64,000 bases of DNA, from assembly GCF_032062105.1 (NCBI RefSeq), contig NW_026935574.1, forward strand, positions 434,001 to 498,000, given 5' to 3'. Below, in pieces: positions 24,801 to 36,404 of the stretch; positions within the stretch are counted from its first letter, which is position 1, and the number at the start of each line of letters is the position of its first letter. The position numbers and the translations under genes are program-made. Under the pieces are notes generated by a model that saw only the letters and a program-made list of their open reading frames with translations, was not told the origin of the DNA and did not search any database. This stretch comes from Saccostrea cucullata (Eukaryota).

Positions 24801-25983
24801 TGACTCTAGGGACATGATTAAGTAGTTGTCAAATGATCTTCAGAGGTTCAAATCCCAACTGTGGGATGTGGAGTAATGAGTTCTTCGGAAAAGACCATAT
24901 AAACAGGTATTGTGTTGCAGGAGGAGTTGGCTAGAAAAGAATCCTCACTGCTAAATGGCCCTGAATACCGAGTAAAAGTCTAAATTTGCTGCCCTCACCT
25001 CCACCAGGAAGTTTTGGCATCTCCATATGAGTGAAAAGTTCTCGAGAAGAAAGTTAAACAGCAAACGCACAAAAAACTTTGGTACATGTTCAGTGGTTGG
25101 GAAGGGCTTGCACCATGCACCATAGTCGCGTTAAAGTGAAAAATTGCTCATTAAATCAATCAATGTCAGTGCCAGTGGTACATGTTCAGTGGTTGGGAAG
25201 GGCTTGCACCATGCACCATAGTCGCGTTAAAGTGAAAAATTGCTCATTAAATCAATCAATGTCGGTGCCAGTTGCACATTCAATTTTTTAGCGATCTTAT
25301 TTGGAAACATTTTGCGTACAACACATGTACAACTTTCTTACTTGTTTTACTTTCATTTTAAATGCAGTCAATTTAAAACAACAAATCTCACTGGTGGAAG
25401 CCTGTCAAAAACTGCTTCCGGTTTAAAGAAGCACCTAGATTAGGTACTTAACTACATTCATTTGTAGGGTACGGTGGTGCTCATCCCTCAATCCAAATTT
25501 TGACATACTTTAACACAAAATAAGGGTAAATTATATTCTCTGCAGGTTCCTTTAAATTTGCTGCATTGCACGTTAAACATTAGATTCGTTTTATACTTAA
25601 AAATGTGTTTTCTTTTTTATTTTATATTTGTTTGTCATTTTGTTATTTGTAAAAACGGTCCCTCAGATTATATTGATGGCCCATTCATTTTCTAAATGGC
25701 GTATTTAAAATGTTGACAGTTGCGCCATAGTCCCATTGACCTTTTGCCTACCCAATCACTACATATCTTGAATTCAAAACAAAGCCTTTACCGAAATATG
25801 CTTATGATAACTTAGTAGTACTAGTATGAAATATTATGAAATATGATTTCCAACAATAGTTATAAATACCATCTCACCTCCAGATTTGTAATTCCGTAAT
25901 AAAATGAATCTATTTGCCTTTGATTTGTGAAAATTGGATAATATTTTATAAAATGATTTACATGTGTTCATGGGCGCAGCCAT
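18862..25983 (-). CDS. ATPAF2: ATP synthase mitochondrial F1 assembly factor 2 (ATP12), 283 aa
   Basis: 8 exons: 25983-25878, 22988-22944, 22701-22556 (FEVNLDQRKLRTP...ALAIATEW), 22170-22073, 21894-21814 (EWDPVMEW), 21511-21399, 20743-20628 (AVQLARLETVYQ), 19008-18862 (WGNVEWHHD, TAG). They sum to 852 nt in frame. Confidence 0.95.
19033..19190. repeat. Foldback palindrome next to ATPAF2 last acceptor
   Basis: AGAAATAAAGTCC..AATAACCTCC..AAATGTTGTTTGAAA pairs with TTTCAAACAACATTT..GGAGGTTATT..GGACTTTATTTCT. Confidence 0.85.
23443..23802 (+). mobile_element. Complete TRIM (miniature LTR element) with tRNA-like LTRs, Helenus/TRIMp3-type architecture
   Basis: LTRs 23443-23571 and 23675-23802 (TGT...ACA), each with A box TAGCTCAG..GGTAG and B-box-like GTTTGAATCC. 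PBS TGGTGCC at 23574, PPT AAGGAGGGAGAAA at 23662-23674, 4-bp TSD TCTC. Confidence 0.85.
23962..24398. mobile_element. Two adjacent 210-bp TACTGT...ACAGTA-type MITEs
   Basis: Units at about 23962-24173 and 24189-24398 with imperfect terminal inverted repeats. Confidence 0.55.
24760..25070 (+). mobile_element. tRNA-derived SINE, degenerate
   Basis: A/B-box-like head (GGTTCAAATCC at about 24845), body ending CTCCATATGAGTGAAAAGTTCTCGAG; related inverted copy at 51130-51325. Confidence 0.6.
25081..25272. repeat. 96-bp near-perfect tandem duplication
   Basis: 25081-25176 and 25177-25272 differ at one visible position. Confidence 0.9.
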
Positions 25984-26141
25984 CTTTACACCTTTTCCGA
26001 ACGTGTTAATTGAAAACGTTTTTCATTGGCTGTAGCTTAAACTTTTTGTCCAATCATGTTTACTGTTGTATTTATCCGACTTCCGGTTGGATGGCTTCGG
26101 ATTTGAGGAGAGGATCATAGTTGGAGGTAAACTGTTTAAAT
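25970..26141. promoter_or_regulatory. Compact bidirectional promoter ATPAF2/GID4
   Basis: Start codons separated by 158 bp. YY1-like GCAGCCATCTT overlaps the ATPAF2 ATG, two opposed CCAAT boxes (about 26025 and 26050), ETS ACTTCCGG at about 26080. Confidence 0.75.
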
Positions 26142-29100
26142 ATGCCGGTAAAGCTTGATCCCCCACCTCCGGCTAATTCCAAGCAGCCTGGTGTTACCAC
26201 CACCCTCCTGTATAACGGATCCAGATTCCAGGGGCATCAGAAAAGCAAAGGCAACTGCTATGACGTCGAAGTTATTCTGCAGGTAAAATGAAACCAGGGA
26301 CCTATTATACATATTTTTAGATATATAATGGTAAATATAGTTTATTACCTTAAATTGCTAAAACATAAAAAAAACGGAACTGCCTTTTTTAATTTGAACC
26401 TAATGTCTTTTACTTTATAATGGTAAATGACAATGGAAGAGTTTGCAATATGTTGCTTTCCATGTTGATGTATGTGCACAAAACTTTGTTCACCACTCTC
26501 TGACAGAGCGTCTCAGTCTGGCAAATGTTTTGGTCGTAGTCATCTTCAAAAATCACTCTGACTCTACATATAATAGTATACACCTATTTACTGGCTCTGA
26601 GGACAATAGCATTAGGAAGTTTATATTTCCATTTCTAAATTTTTTTCTCTGTGATAACTCTTTGAAAGTTAGAGGAGTTGATTTCTGGATAATTCTACCG
26701 GAATGTAAATTAGGCAGGTTGATAGGTCAGGAGCTAGGGAGGCCTAATATGCATGCAATTCTTGTGCGCATCTGTCTCTGACTGTCTGACGCTAAGGAGG
26801 CCAAATATGCATGTAAATCTTGTGCGGCTGCCTTTGTGTTTGACATCAGTGGCGGAGGACTATTGAAATTGCCATAGGAGTCCACGTGTAATTTAAATCT
26901 ATGTCTACATTTTTATAATCTAAATCTACAATTTTATTTCACAATGAAATGCAAATATAAGGAATCACTGTCTAGTTAGACTAAGTATAGTATGCCAGGG
27001 ACATCAACAATAGTGGGAACCCGGAAACATGGGATAATTTGCATTATGGGCCCGTTATGCATAAATTATCCCATGTTTCCCACTATCGTTGATGTCCCTG
27101 GCATACTATACTAACTAGACAGTGATTCCTTAAATCATCCCCCAAGACAGCAAATATTTCCTGAGGCGCGACAAAGAAATAGTTGCAATCTAGGGTGATG
27201 ATAAACTGGCTATTGTCCAAATAGTCAGTAAATAGATGTTGTATTATACCCAAGCGGACTTTACTTGTGTTAACAATCTGGATAAAACCAGAGGAGTTCC
27301 GAAATGAAAAGTGAGAGAAACAGAATAGTTTGATGACTATTTCACCATTGGTAAATGACACAAAAACTATTCCACAGTAGGACTGTTTAGAAAAAACAGT
27401 TTTTTTCATCATATTTTTATAAAGAAAAAAATCACAAGGGTAGATTAAAACGTTCAATCTTTAAAATGATTTGGTCCTTCAGAGCATGTTGAAGAATTTG
27501 TTCCATATATTGGCAATGATAACTCTAACTCGATCAGTAACATTTACTGTAAACAATCCAGAGAGTTCAAATGCCAACATGGCTTGTTTGATATATAATG
27601 GAAAGGAGAAAAAAAGTTTAGAAAAGTTTAGTCTTTATTTGGATGATTTTAAATGTTTAATTGAAAGGCATATACAAATTCTGAAAGCTTTGCTATAATT
27701 AATTTCAAATTAGTTATTTTCAATGATACCCCTTGTATTCTTCAACATAATCTTTGAGAAGACCTGCTTAGTTTTGTGACTTTGCAACTGTATGGGATGT
27801 ATTCTAACATTAAACTGTGTAGAGGGCTTGTTCTAACAAGATGCAGCCATTATGCAATTCATATAAAATTGAAAGAGATTAAGGATCATGTTTATGAGAG
27901 AATTAATACATGTATTCCTCTCAACTTTTCATCATATTGCAAACTCATCTTTGTCCAAGTACTCTGTGTCCCTGATATGAGGGAGTGATGAAGATAGTAA
28001 TTCAAAAAACACTTCTTTTTTTTCAGAATGTGGATTTAGAGAATTCTTATCTGTGTGGATACCTAAAGATCAAAGGTCTAACCGAGGAATATCCAACATT
28101 GACAACATTTTTCGATGGTGAAATTATCAGCAAAAAGCATCCGTTTCTGACAAGAAAATGGGAGGCAGACGAGGATGTTGATAGAAAACACTGGGTACAC
28201 ATGTACTTGTTAATGAATTATTTAATGATCAGCACACTTGGATTATTGAATGATCGGTACACATGTATATGAAAGTCAATTATAAAGTATTGGGACCAAA
28301 AAATATAATAAGTTTATTCACAAACATGACCAATAGAAATGCATGTTATTCATCATAAGTGTTCAGTGTATTAATAAAAATAGCTCTAAGAACAAAATTT
28401 AGTCTTTTTTAAATCTTTTGCTATAAAATATACCTACAAATTATATTGAGGTTAAGACAGTGGTACATATTGTTTTCATAAATGAATTCAATTTATTTTT
28501 TCTTTTCCAGGGAAAGTTTTTGTCTTTTTTCCAGTTTGCTAAAACCTTTAATTCTGACAGCTTTGACTATGATAACCTGACTAATGCAGACTTTGTGTTT
28601 ATGAGGTGGAAGGTAAGGACATCACATTTTAAACACATGGGTATCAATTCAACATAACATTGTAAACACATAGGGATCCTTTTGTTCAGTGCCTCTTTGA
28701 GAGAAGTGTCATTGTTTCAGAAAGATAAGGACTCCCCAAAATATTGCTTTGAATATGCATCTAATTAAGATGTAGGAACAGACAAAACACTGATGACTCT
28801 GTATGACATCTTTTGACAAAGATTGAACTTTCTCATATACAAGTCAAACTCCAAGGTCTTGAAAAATGTTACCCAAAGAAAGGACTAACCAATAAAAAGC
28901 TGTGGAAAGGTCTTATTAATAGAATGAAAACACATGCAACACAGGAAAGCCTCATCAACAACTGCTCAAAAGTTATGGCAAAGGTTTAAGTTGGTAATTC
29001 TTGCAAAATTGGGTCAAACTCCAAGGTCTAGGTCAAGAGTTCATTTATTGTGGTATCCAAGGAAAGGCTTTGTCACAATGGATACACATTTGAAAATAGA

Positions 29101-29890
29101 AGAGCCATAGCTTCAACTAGTAAGAAGTTTTGGGCAATGTTGAAGTTTTTGCAGACAGACAGATAAACTGACAAATGGATGGACAGGGCAAATCTATATA
29201 TCCCAGAATCTTCAATTATGGGGGCATATAAATGAAACTGAAACAGATTGATATTAAATTTCTTGATTTTTTTGGTGATGGTGTGTATTATGTTAGTTTA
29301 TAAATTTACAATTCACTTTTTAAAGAGGACAATTTTTTAATAAACCTAAAATGATTATTTTAACAATTTCTTGTTTTTAGGAACATTTTCTTGTACCAGA
29401 TCACACCATAAAGAACATAAATGGTGCCTCCTTTGCTGGGTTTTACTACATCTGCTTCCAGAAATCAACCACCACCATAGAAGGTTATTACTACCACCGG
29501 ACCTCAGAATGGTGAGGAGCATTTAACACTGTACATTGAATTTGATTGATAGATAGCAAACTGAAAGTTAAAGGAAATATGGAACATTATTGAAATGGAA
29601 AAATTGTCTTATAGTCACAGATGCTTGTGTTTATCCATCCCAAATTTCTGTCACACTTTTCTCAGCAACTACCGAAGAAAGATAATTGAAATTTTACCAC
29701 ACTAGAGTGCAATATTTCTTTAACAGAACTTATGTATATTCACATCAGATTGGATGTATTACTAGTGAGCACTGTCTCACAGATTCTTTTTAGACATATT
29801 GAAAAAATCTACTGTTTAAATTCCAGGTTTCAGTCCCTGAATTTGTCTCATGTGCCTGACCATTCCATACCTGTCTACCAGTTCCGATAA
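26142..29890 (+). CDS. GID4: GID/CTLH complex substrate receptor GID4, 201 aa
   Basis: Exons 26142-26282 ([17 protein letters not shown]), 28027-28194 ([24 protein letters not shown]), 28511-28612 (FVFMRWK), 29381-29511 ([17 protein letters not shown]), 29827-29890 (TAA). They sum to 606 nt. Confidence 0.96.
26959..27131. repeat. Long near-perfect palindrome (foldback) in GID4 intron 1
   Basis: AAGGAATCACTGTCTAGTTAG..GTATAGTATGCCAGGGACATCAAC.. pairs with ..GTTGATGTCCCTGGCATACTATACTAACTAGACAGTGATTCCTT. Confidence 0.9.
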
Positions 29891-31048
29891 CAGATTAAAA
29901 AAAAAACATTGATGTGCTACAGTGTCAGATTTTGATACTTGCCTAACTACTGGACCTGTCTATTTTTCAATGGTGGATATGCCGGTTTAATGCTGAATAA
30001 GTGGAACATAAGTTAAGGTGTGAGGAGGACCCATGATCATGATTTTTTCTCTCTATATGCTACACATGTGTACTTAATTTGTTATTTTTGTTGTCTAATG
30101 AATATAAACATTTTTTAAACATTTTGACAGTTGTCATATACTCAGCATACATTGTTCGTGTGAAATGTATTATTTATATGTTGTTATCAAAATAAAGAGC
30201 TTTTTAGGAAGTGTTACCTAAAAATAAGCTTGCTTCGTTTATTAGGCATCATTTTATTAAAACAGTTGTACTCCTTTTATATTAATATTGCTTTGTATCT
30301 AAATTCAACCATTGAGAATAACATACTAGAGAAATCACTGGAAAAAATATTTTACAGAAATTGACATCTCATTTGCATTCGCTACTTATTAGGCAAGTTA
30401 TGCAAACCAAAACCTGTTAATTCCATGAAATTCTCTCTACAACTTATAAAATAAGATAACATATCCATTTTATGTGCCAATTTATACAGAGCGAAACCTT
30501 TGTTAAAAAGTATAATCAGATAATCCTGAAAAATATAATTTGCTTATCAAAGATTTTTCATATATTGTCAATTTTTTTATTCTGCCCCCCCCTTTTTTTT
30601 TTCAATGATCCTGTATAACAATGTCAAAAGGGTAATAGCAGATACATTATTTAAAGCCTCAGTTATTTTAAGTTTGATGAACTATATAATATATTGGGAT
30701 ACATTAAATATTCTATTCAGGATATTTTTTGTGATATTCATTAAAAAAGAACCTATTATTACCTGTCCTACTTTATAAATTGTAATTAGGCATTTTGAAG
30801 ACAAATGTCCTTAGAGATGGGAAGAAATGGATGAATAATTGAAAATAACACATACTGGGTAATATTAAAAGTTTGGGCGCTGGACTGATTAAATGTTTAT
30901 CACTGTGAATTGCAAAAGTGGAAAAAAGGGGTTATCTTTTGAGTACCGAGTCGACGGTAGGCTAGCTAAAATTGGAATAGTTTAAAGTACGACTTATCTA
31001 GCGGCAAACTGGTCCTTCAGGAGTACCAGTTTAGAAAACAAAGACAAG

Positions 31049-34000
31049 ATGGCGATGGATTTCCGAATTGATATAGAAGTACTCAAAAAATGGTATACTC
31101 CCCTACAATAACTGATTTTTTTTTAACTAGCGGTGTGTTTGTGAAGTCAAAATATTCTTTCCAACTTGTCAACACTGTGACATGGTTTGGTATCATGTAT
31201 CTCTTGTTGAATTGTTTTTTAATATCTCGTTATAGCGTGCAGAACTGTGCCCAAATATTGGCAAACTGGTTTTTCTTTAATTCAGTCGCTTCAAATGCAT
31301 CGAAGTATAGGCGCAATCAACCATTATTTTCTGCTTTTCAAAATTTCATTTGCTGGCCACTGCCGTGCGCTCACGTTACATAAATAACAGTTCTAGTTAG
31401 TCCGAAATATCTGACGTTTTCCAGGCCTTTTTACGATTTTGATATTTCACGTGCCAGGAAAACATCAGAACCAGCGCCATGACATAAACTGGAAATTTCT
31501 CCGTCTGCAACCAGAGTTCATTTTTGATACTTGCGAACCAAACTAAATGCCGAAATCATAATTTATTAACAGCACAATGTCTCTAATACTCACATAGGAG
31601 TATTTTACCCTATCTTTGGACTTTCAGTAGGGCGTGACTTTCTCGGCGCTACGTAATGGAGAATACAAGTAGATTCTCATTGGTTACGAAATTGATAACA
31701 TAGGAACTTAAAATTGTTGTTGATAATGATCAGACGACTTATGTCCCACCTCTGTGCCGTGAGAGAACTTTTAATTGGCTATTCACTACACCAGTTGACA
31801 TTCGGCCGCATTTCTATCATATGTATATTTCAACAGTGAAGGGAAGCTGTGTAAATTTCAGAAGCTAATTAGGTAACGTCGAGAATGCCACGCCTTACTG
31901 AAAGTCCAAACTAAGCGTGTAATTCTTCTATACAGGTTGGGCACACGCCCCCAAATGGTCATTTAACCCCCGTTTGGTGGTCAATCGCCCATATCGGCGT
32001 CTTTTTTACCTACCAAATGGTGGTCTTTTTTATTCAAATCCAATTTTTATTTAAATTTATAAGCAAAAGCGCATTTACTTAGGCATTGGGGAATTTTAAT
32101 TAACATATTCCTCGCACATTTAATACAAATTAGTCAATTTTCCATGTGGAATTTCTTTGGAACTTCGTAAAAACGAAAGCCACAGTTGTTCGTGACGGCC
32201 GAACTATTTGCTCAAACAATAAGAAAAATTATTTTGTTGTGTGTAGTTCGGTAAAAAATATATTTAAACAAGAGGTGTTAATCTAGAGAAGTAATTTTTC
32301 AAATGATCTTTCAATCTGCGTCTATATAAATCTCTATAAAATCCTGTTAGACACGAGCTCCTCGTATCTTATTTGTATGGTGGGCACTTACTGCTATAAT
32401 ATTCTTTTTATCTACATTTGAATGTAACATTTATTCTTTATTTCCATATAGGATGAAGTTACGATTTCTGTGCGACCCTTTGTGGTTTAGTATGCATATC
32501 TATGATGTATCTACTATATTTATTAAATATTTTTGAATAAAAGATTTACAAAGTGACATTTGCAATTATTCTTGTTTTTATTCCAAGATTATAGTTTTCA
32601 AGCGATTATTTTATCATGAATTCACTGCATATTGTATGTTTGTAAAAAATAAAGCCATTGCATATGAAATAAACGAAATAAAAGCGAATTCTTACCCTTC
32701 CTTGTATTTTACTTTTTGAAAATTAACACTAATGGGCCTCCGTAGTTAAATAAGTCATTTGACCCAAGTTTGGAAAAGATCGTCATTTTTAATTGGTTAA
32801 GATAATTGATCAGTTGCCCGGATGACAGAAATATGAAGTGATAAACACGATTGATAGGTGCAACTATTGCGAGATGGAGGGAATTTTTCTTTTTAAGTTA
32901 AAACACAGAAACGTTACACTTGTTTACACAGGTTACGATTTTGTTAAATATTTGAACGACACTGCGCAAAAAAGTCCGCATTGAAATTCTGATTTTTTTC
33001 GTTCAAAGTTTAGAAAAATATCAATATTTTATTCCCCGTGAGTTGAAATTATGCGCCATTTCACATCATTCCAGAGAACTGAACAAAACGATTTTTCTCT
33101 CCCATTTGGTAGGTAATAAAGACGCCAATATGGGCGATTGACCACCAAACAGGGGTTAAATGACCATTTGGGGGTGTGTGCCCAACCTGATATAACGATG
33201 AAAAGAAAACACCAATCCACATTTCCTTACAGGACTTGCAAAATGCACGAAAAATGAATACAAATCTCAACAGTCTGATAAAATGTTTTCATCGGATTGT
33301 ATATTTTATGAGTGAACCATGAAAACGATATTGGTACCGTATTACTAATAGTATTGTACTATTTATAACTTGTGACTTTTTGAAATGAAACTGGGGAAAA
33401 AACGCAGTTCGCAAGATGTATTATACGCAACAGAAAAATTTACCAAGCGATGTTCAACTTTGAAAATCGCCGCCTCGGCGCGATGGATTAAGTGTCAAAA
33501 ATTTACTGAACACACTTTTTTTTAAATACACACTTTATAACTTCTCTTAGTTAATCCGACATTCCATATCAGAAAATTATTTATTCATTTATTTCAAAAG
33601 TACAAGATAATATTGCGTAAAAAGTATTAACAGATTTTTTAAAAGAATAGTTACGGTGATTTTGAAATAATGTGTCGCCATATTCTTAGATGAAATAATT
33701 TTATTTCAACAAAGCAAGAGATATTGTCGAAAGTTTTATCAGTTCTCATATTTAATTTTGGTTCAAGATAATCATGCTGAAAATTTTCTTACAATATTTT
33801 AACAGGAAACGAAATTGAAACATCAAAGTATTTATTTCTTTAAGTAGACTACGATTTTCCTCTTCTAAATCTTTGCAGATATCTTATTTTCTAAATGATA
33901 CCACTTTTATTAAAAGTTTTAGCATAATTTATATTTCATTTGTCAACTCTCAATTATTTAAACAAGAGGCCGATAAGTATAAGATAAGGTAAAATTACAT

Positions 34001-36373
34001 TTAACAAGTGTTTAATTGTTTAAAGTGCCGTAATAACACATGACATGCTCACACATACGAAAGGTCATAAACCGACCCCCTTTTTAACAAAGAAAATAAT
34101 CAAAGCAATTAACATGGCAGTAAATAATCAGTGCTGTAACTGTAAAAACATTGCTTTGGAAAAAGACAATTAATTGCCCCGAGGGGTTTGATAGGTAATT
34201 ATCATTTGACAAGCGCACGTGTGTCACAACATTGGCTTCCTTTCATTGGGACGTATGGAGGGGTGTTAAATATTGTTGCAGATTATCAATGAGTTATTTT
34301 AAACCTAAAAAAATTTATTTTATTGTATTTCATTAAAAAATGATTTATTACTTTGTCTGGCAGATAAGGTGCATGTGCACTATCATTACGGAAACACGTG
34401 AAAATAACGTCTAAAAATAACATCGGTAATGGCGGCCTCCTCGGAGACGATCAACATGCAGCTCAAATTACTTTTAACTTACTTTTTCATGTTATTTTGG
34501 TATCAAAAGTTTGTGAAAGTGACATTTTTAAGAAGCATACCTTCCAACAATAACTTTCCGAAGTTTAAAATATGGCAATCAAAAGAAATTGCATATGTAT
34601 TAAATACGGTTCCATGTACGTTGCCCTATAAAGTGCCCGCATCCCGTTCGCCCAATTTTTCGTTCGCCCAGAATCCGTTTGCCCAATTTCTCGTTCGCAC
34701 AGGGTCCATCCAGATTTTATATAGAATATAATATAATGAATTTCTTTTTACACGCTGCTTAGTTCTATAAGGGATCTATTAACGTCTCAGTCCCTCAATT
34801 GTTTTCAAAACATAGCCCGTCGTAAAAATCGTGTGTTCCCCCCAATTTAACATTGATATTAGTCATCTAATTAACTATAGTGCAAACAACAAATCATTAA
34901 TAAATGCATTAGAATCAAATCAAAAATTAATTAAGACTAAATAAACATTGTTCCCGGTTTGAGAAGAAATAAGCCAAGTTCCTAAAGGAAATAAAAATAC
35001 ATGCTAATCTTTATTTCAAATAAGTTAATATATATAAGAATATATAATATAATATATAAGTATTGGGCAATATTATAGGGTGAACAAGATTTTGGGCGAA
35101 GAAATTTTTGGGCGAACGGACCCTGCGCGAACAGACTCCGGCGAACAGGTAGATCGGGCGAACGAACCTGTTACCAGGTAATACTACGGTATGTACGTAT
35201 GATAGCCGTGTTTCACCTGAAAGAAAAACTTGTCAAAATCCCATTGTGATGTAAAGTACGCATCCCTTTCTCACAGTAATTTATTTTAGGAAAAAAGTGC
35301 GTATTGTATTCCCCGAAATACGGTAATTACTAATAGTATTGTACTATTGATAACTTGTGACTTTGAAATTTAATTTGGTTCGCAAGTGTCTAAAATCAAC
35401 TGGAGAATGCCGCCTCCGGATGGAGGTGGCAATTTCCCAGTTTTCATAATGGCGCCAGTTCTGATGTTTTCCCGGCACATAAATATATCAAAATCGTTAA
35501 AAAGCCAGGAAAACGTCAGGTATTTCGGACTAAGTTCTAGTCTGCTGAACAAATCACAGTAAATTAAAAGCAGGGTCCAGTGAGGGACCTATATATACTT
35601 TATTATATGCCCCTGTTAAAAGCAGTGATTTTCCTACCACAATAATATTTAACAAAACTATTTTCTTTTATTTTTTTTTTAATTTGTTTGGGACTTATTT
35701 TGCTAAATGTTATTGCAGCAGAGAAATGATTGCTTTTAATTTCAAATCTGCTGTGAGATAAAATAAATTATGCACTGTCTATGTACTTACTTATAGGGAA
35801 TAAAATGACACTTGATTGTAAGGGTACATACCAGAAACAAAATGTAAATTAATAAAACAGTGACAACTATTATAAGCAAAGATATTTAAATTTGGAAAAA
35901 AACTTTAATTTGTATTGTTTTATTTGTGTTGTATTAATAAGTGTTATCAATATTATAATAAAAAAAAAGTAATTCATAATCATTTATTTTCACGACAATA
36001 TGTCGCGAATTTAAAGCTTTGAAAATTATCGTCACGCGCAAAATCCCCCATGGGAATTTTCAAAAGTTGGCATGTATGAATTTGGTCAATAGAATTCATT
36101 CCATTGACCATATTTAAAGTTTGTCTCTAAAAGCTGTATTCTCATTTAAAATAATGTACATGTCCTTAAACTGGCATATTCAAAATTTCGTGGAATCACT
36201 TGGTATTGAGTTGCTGGCATATTCATGAATTAGGGGTATACACTTATGCGCCATTTTTAGGTCACCTGAGTAAACTCAGTGACCTATTGCTATCTGTTTT
36301 CGTCCGTCGTCGTCCATCGTGCGTCATGTGTTAACATTTGAACATTTTCAGCTTCTTCTCTGCAACCACTGAA

Positions 36374-36404
<31 letters not shown>

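Larger units (their letters stand above)
31397..35533. mobile_element. Long-TIR element enclosing nested MITEs in DPF intron 1
   Basis: About 155-bp imperfect inverted repeats at 31397-31549 and 35368-35533. Confidence 0.7.

Noticed and set aside
29891-31048. DRG2 expected after GID4 from human synteny
   Set aside because: No GTPase motifs seen here or elsewhere in the window.
34429-34731. ORF starting MAASSET as alternative DPF start
   Set aside because: Lies within nested transposon sequence and has no family similarity.
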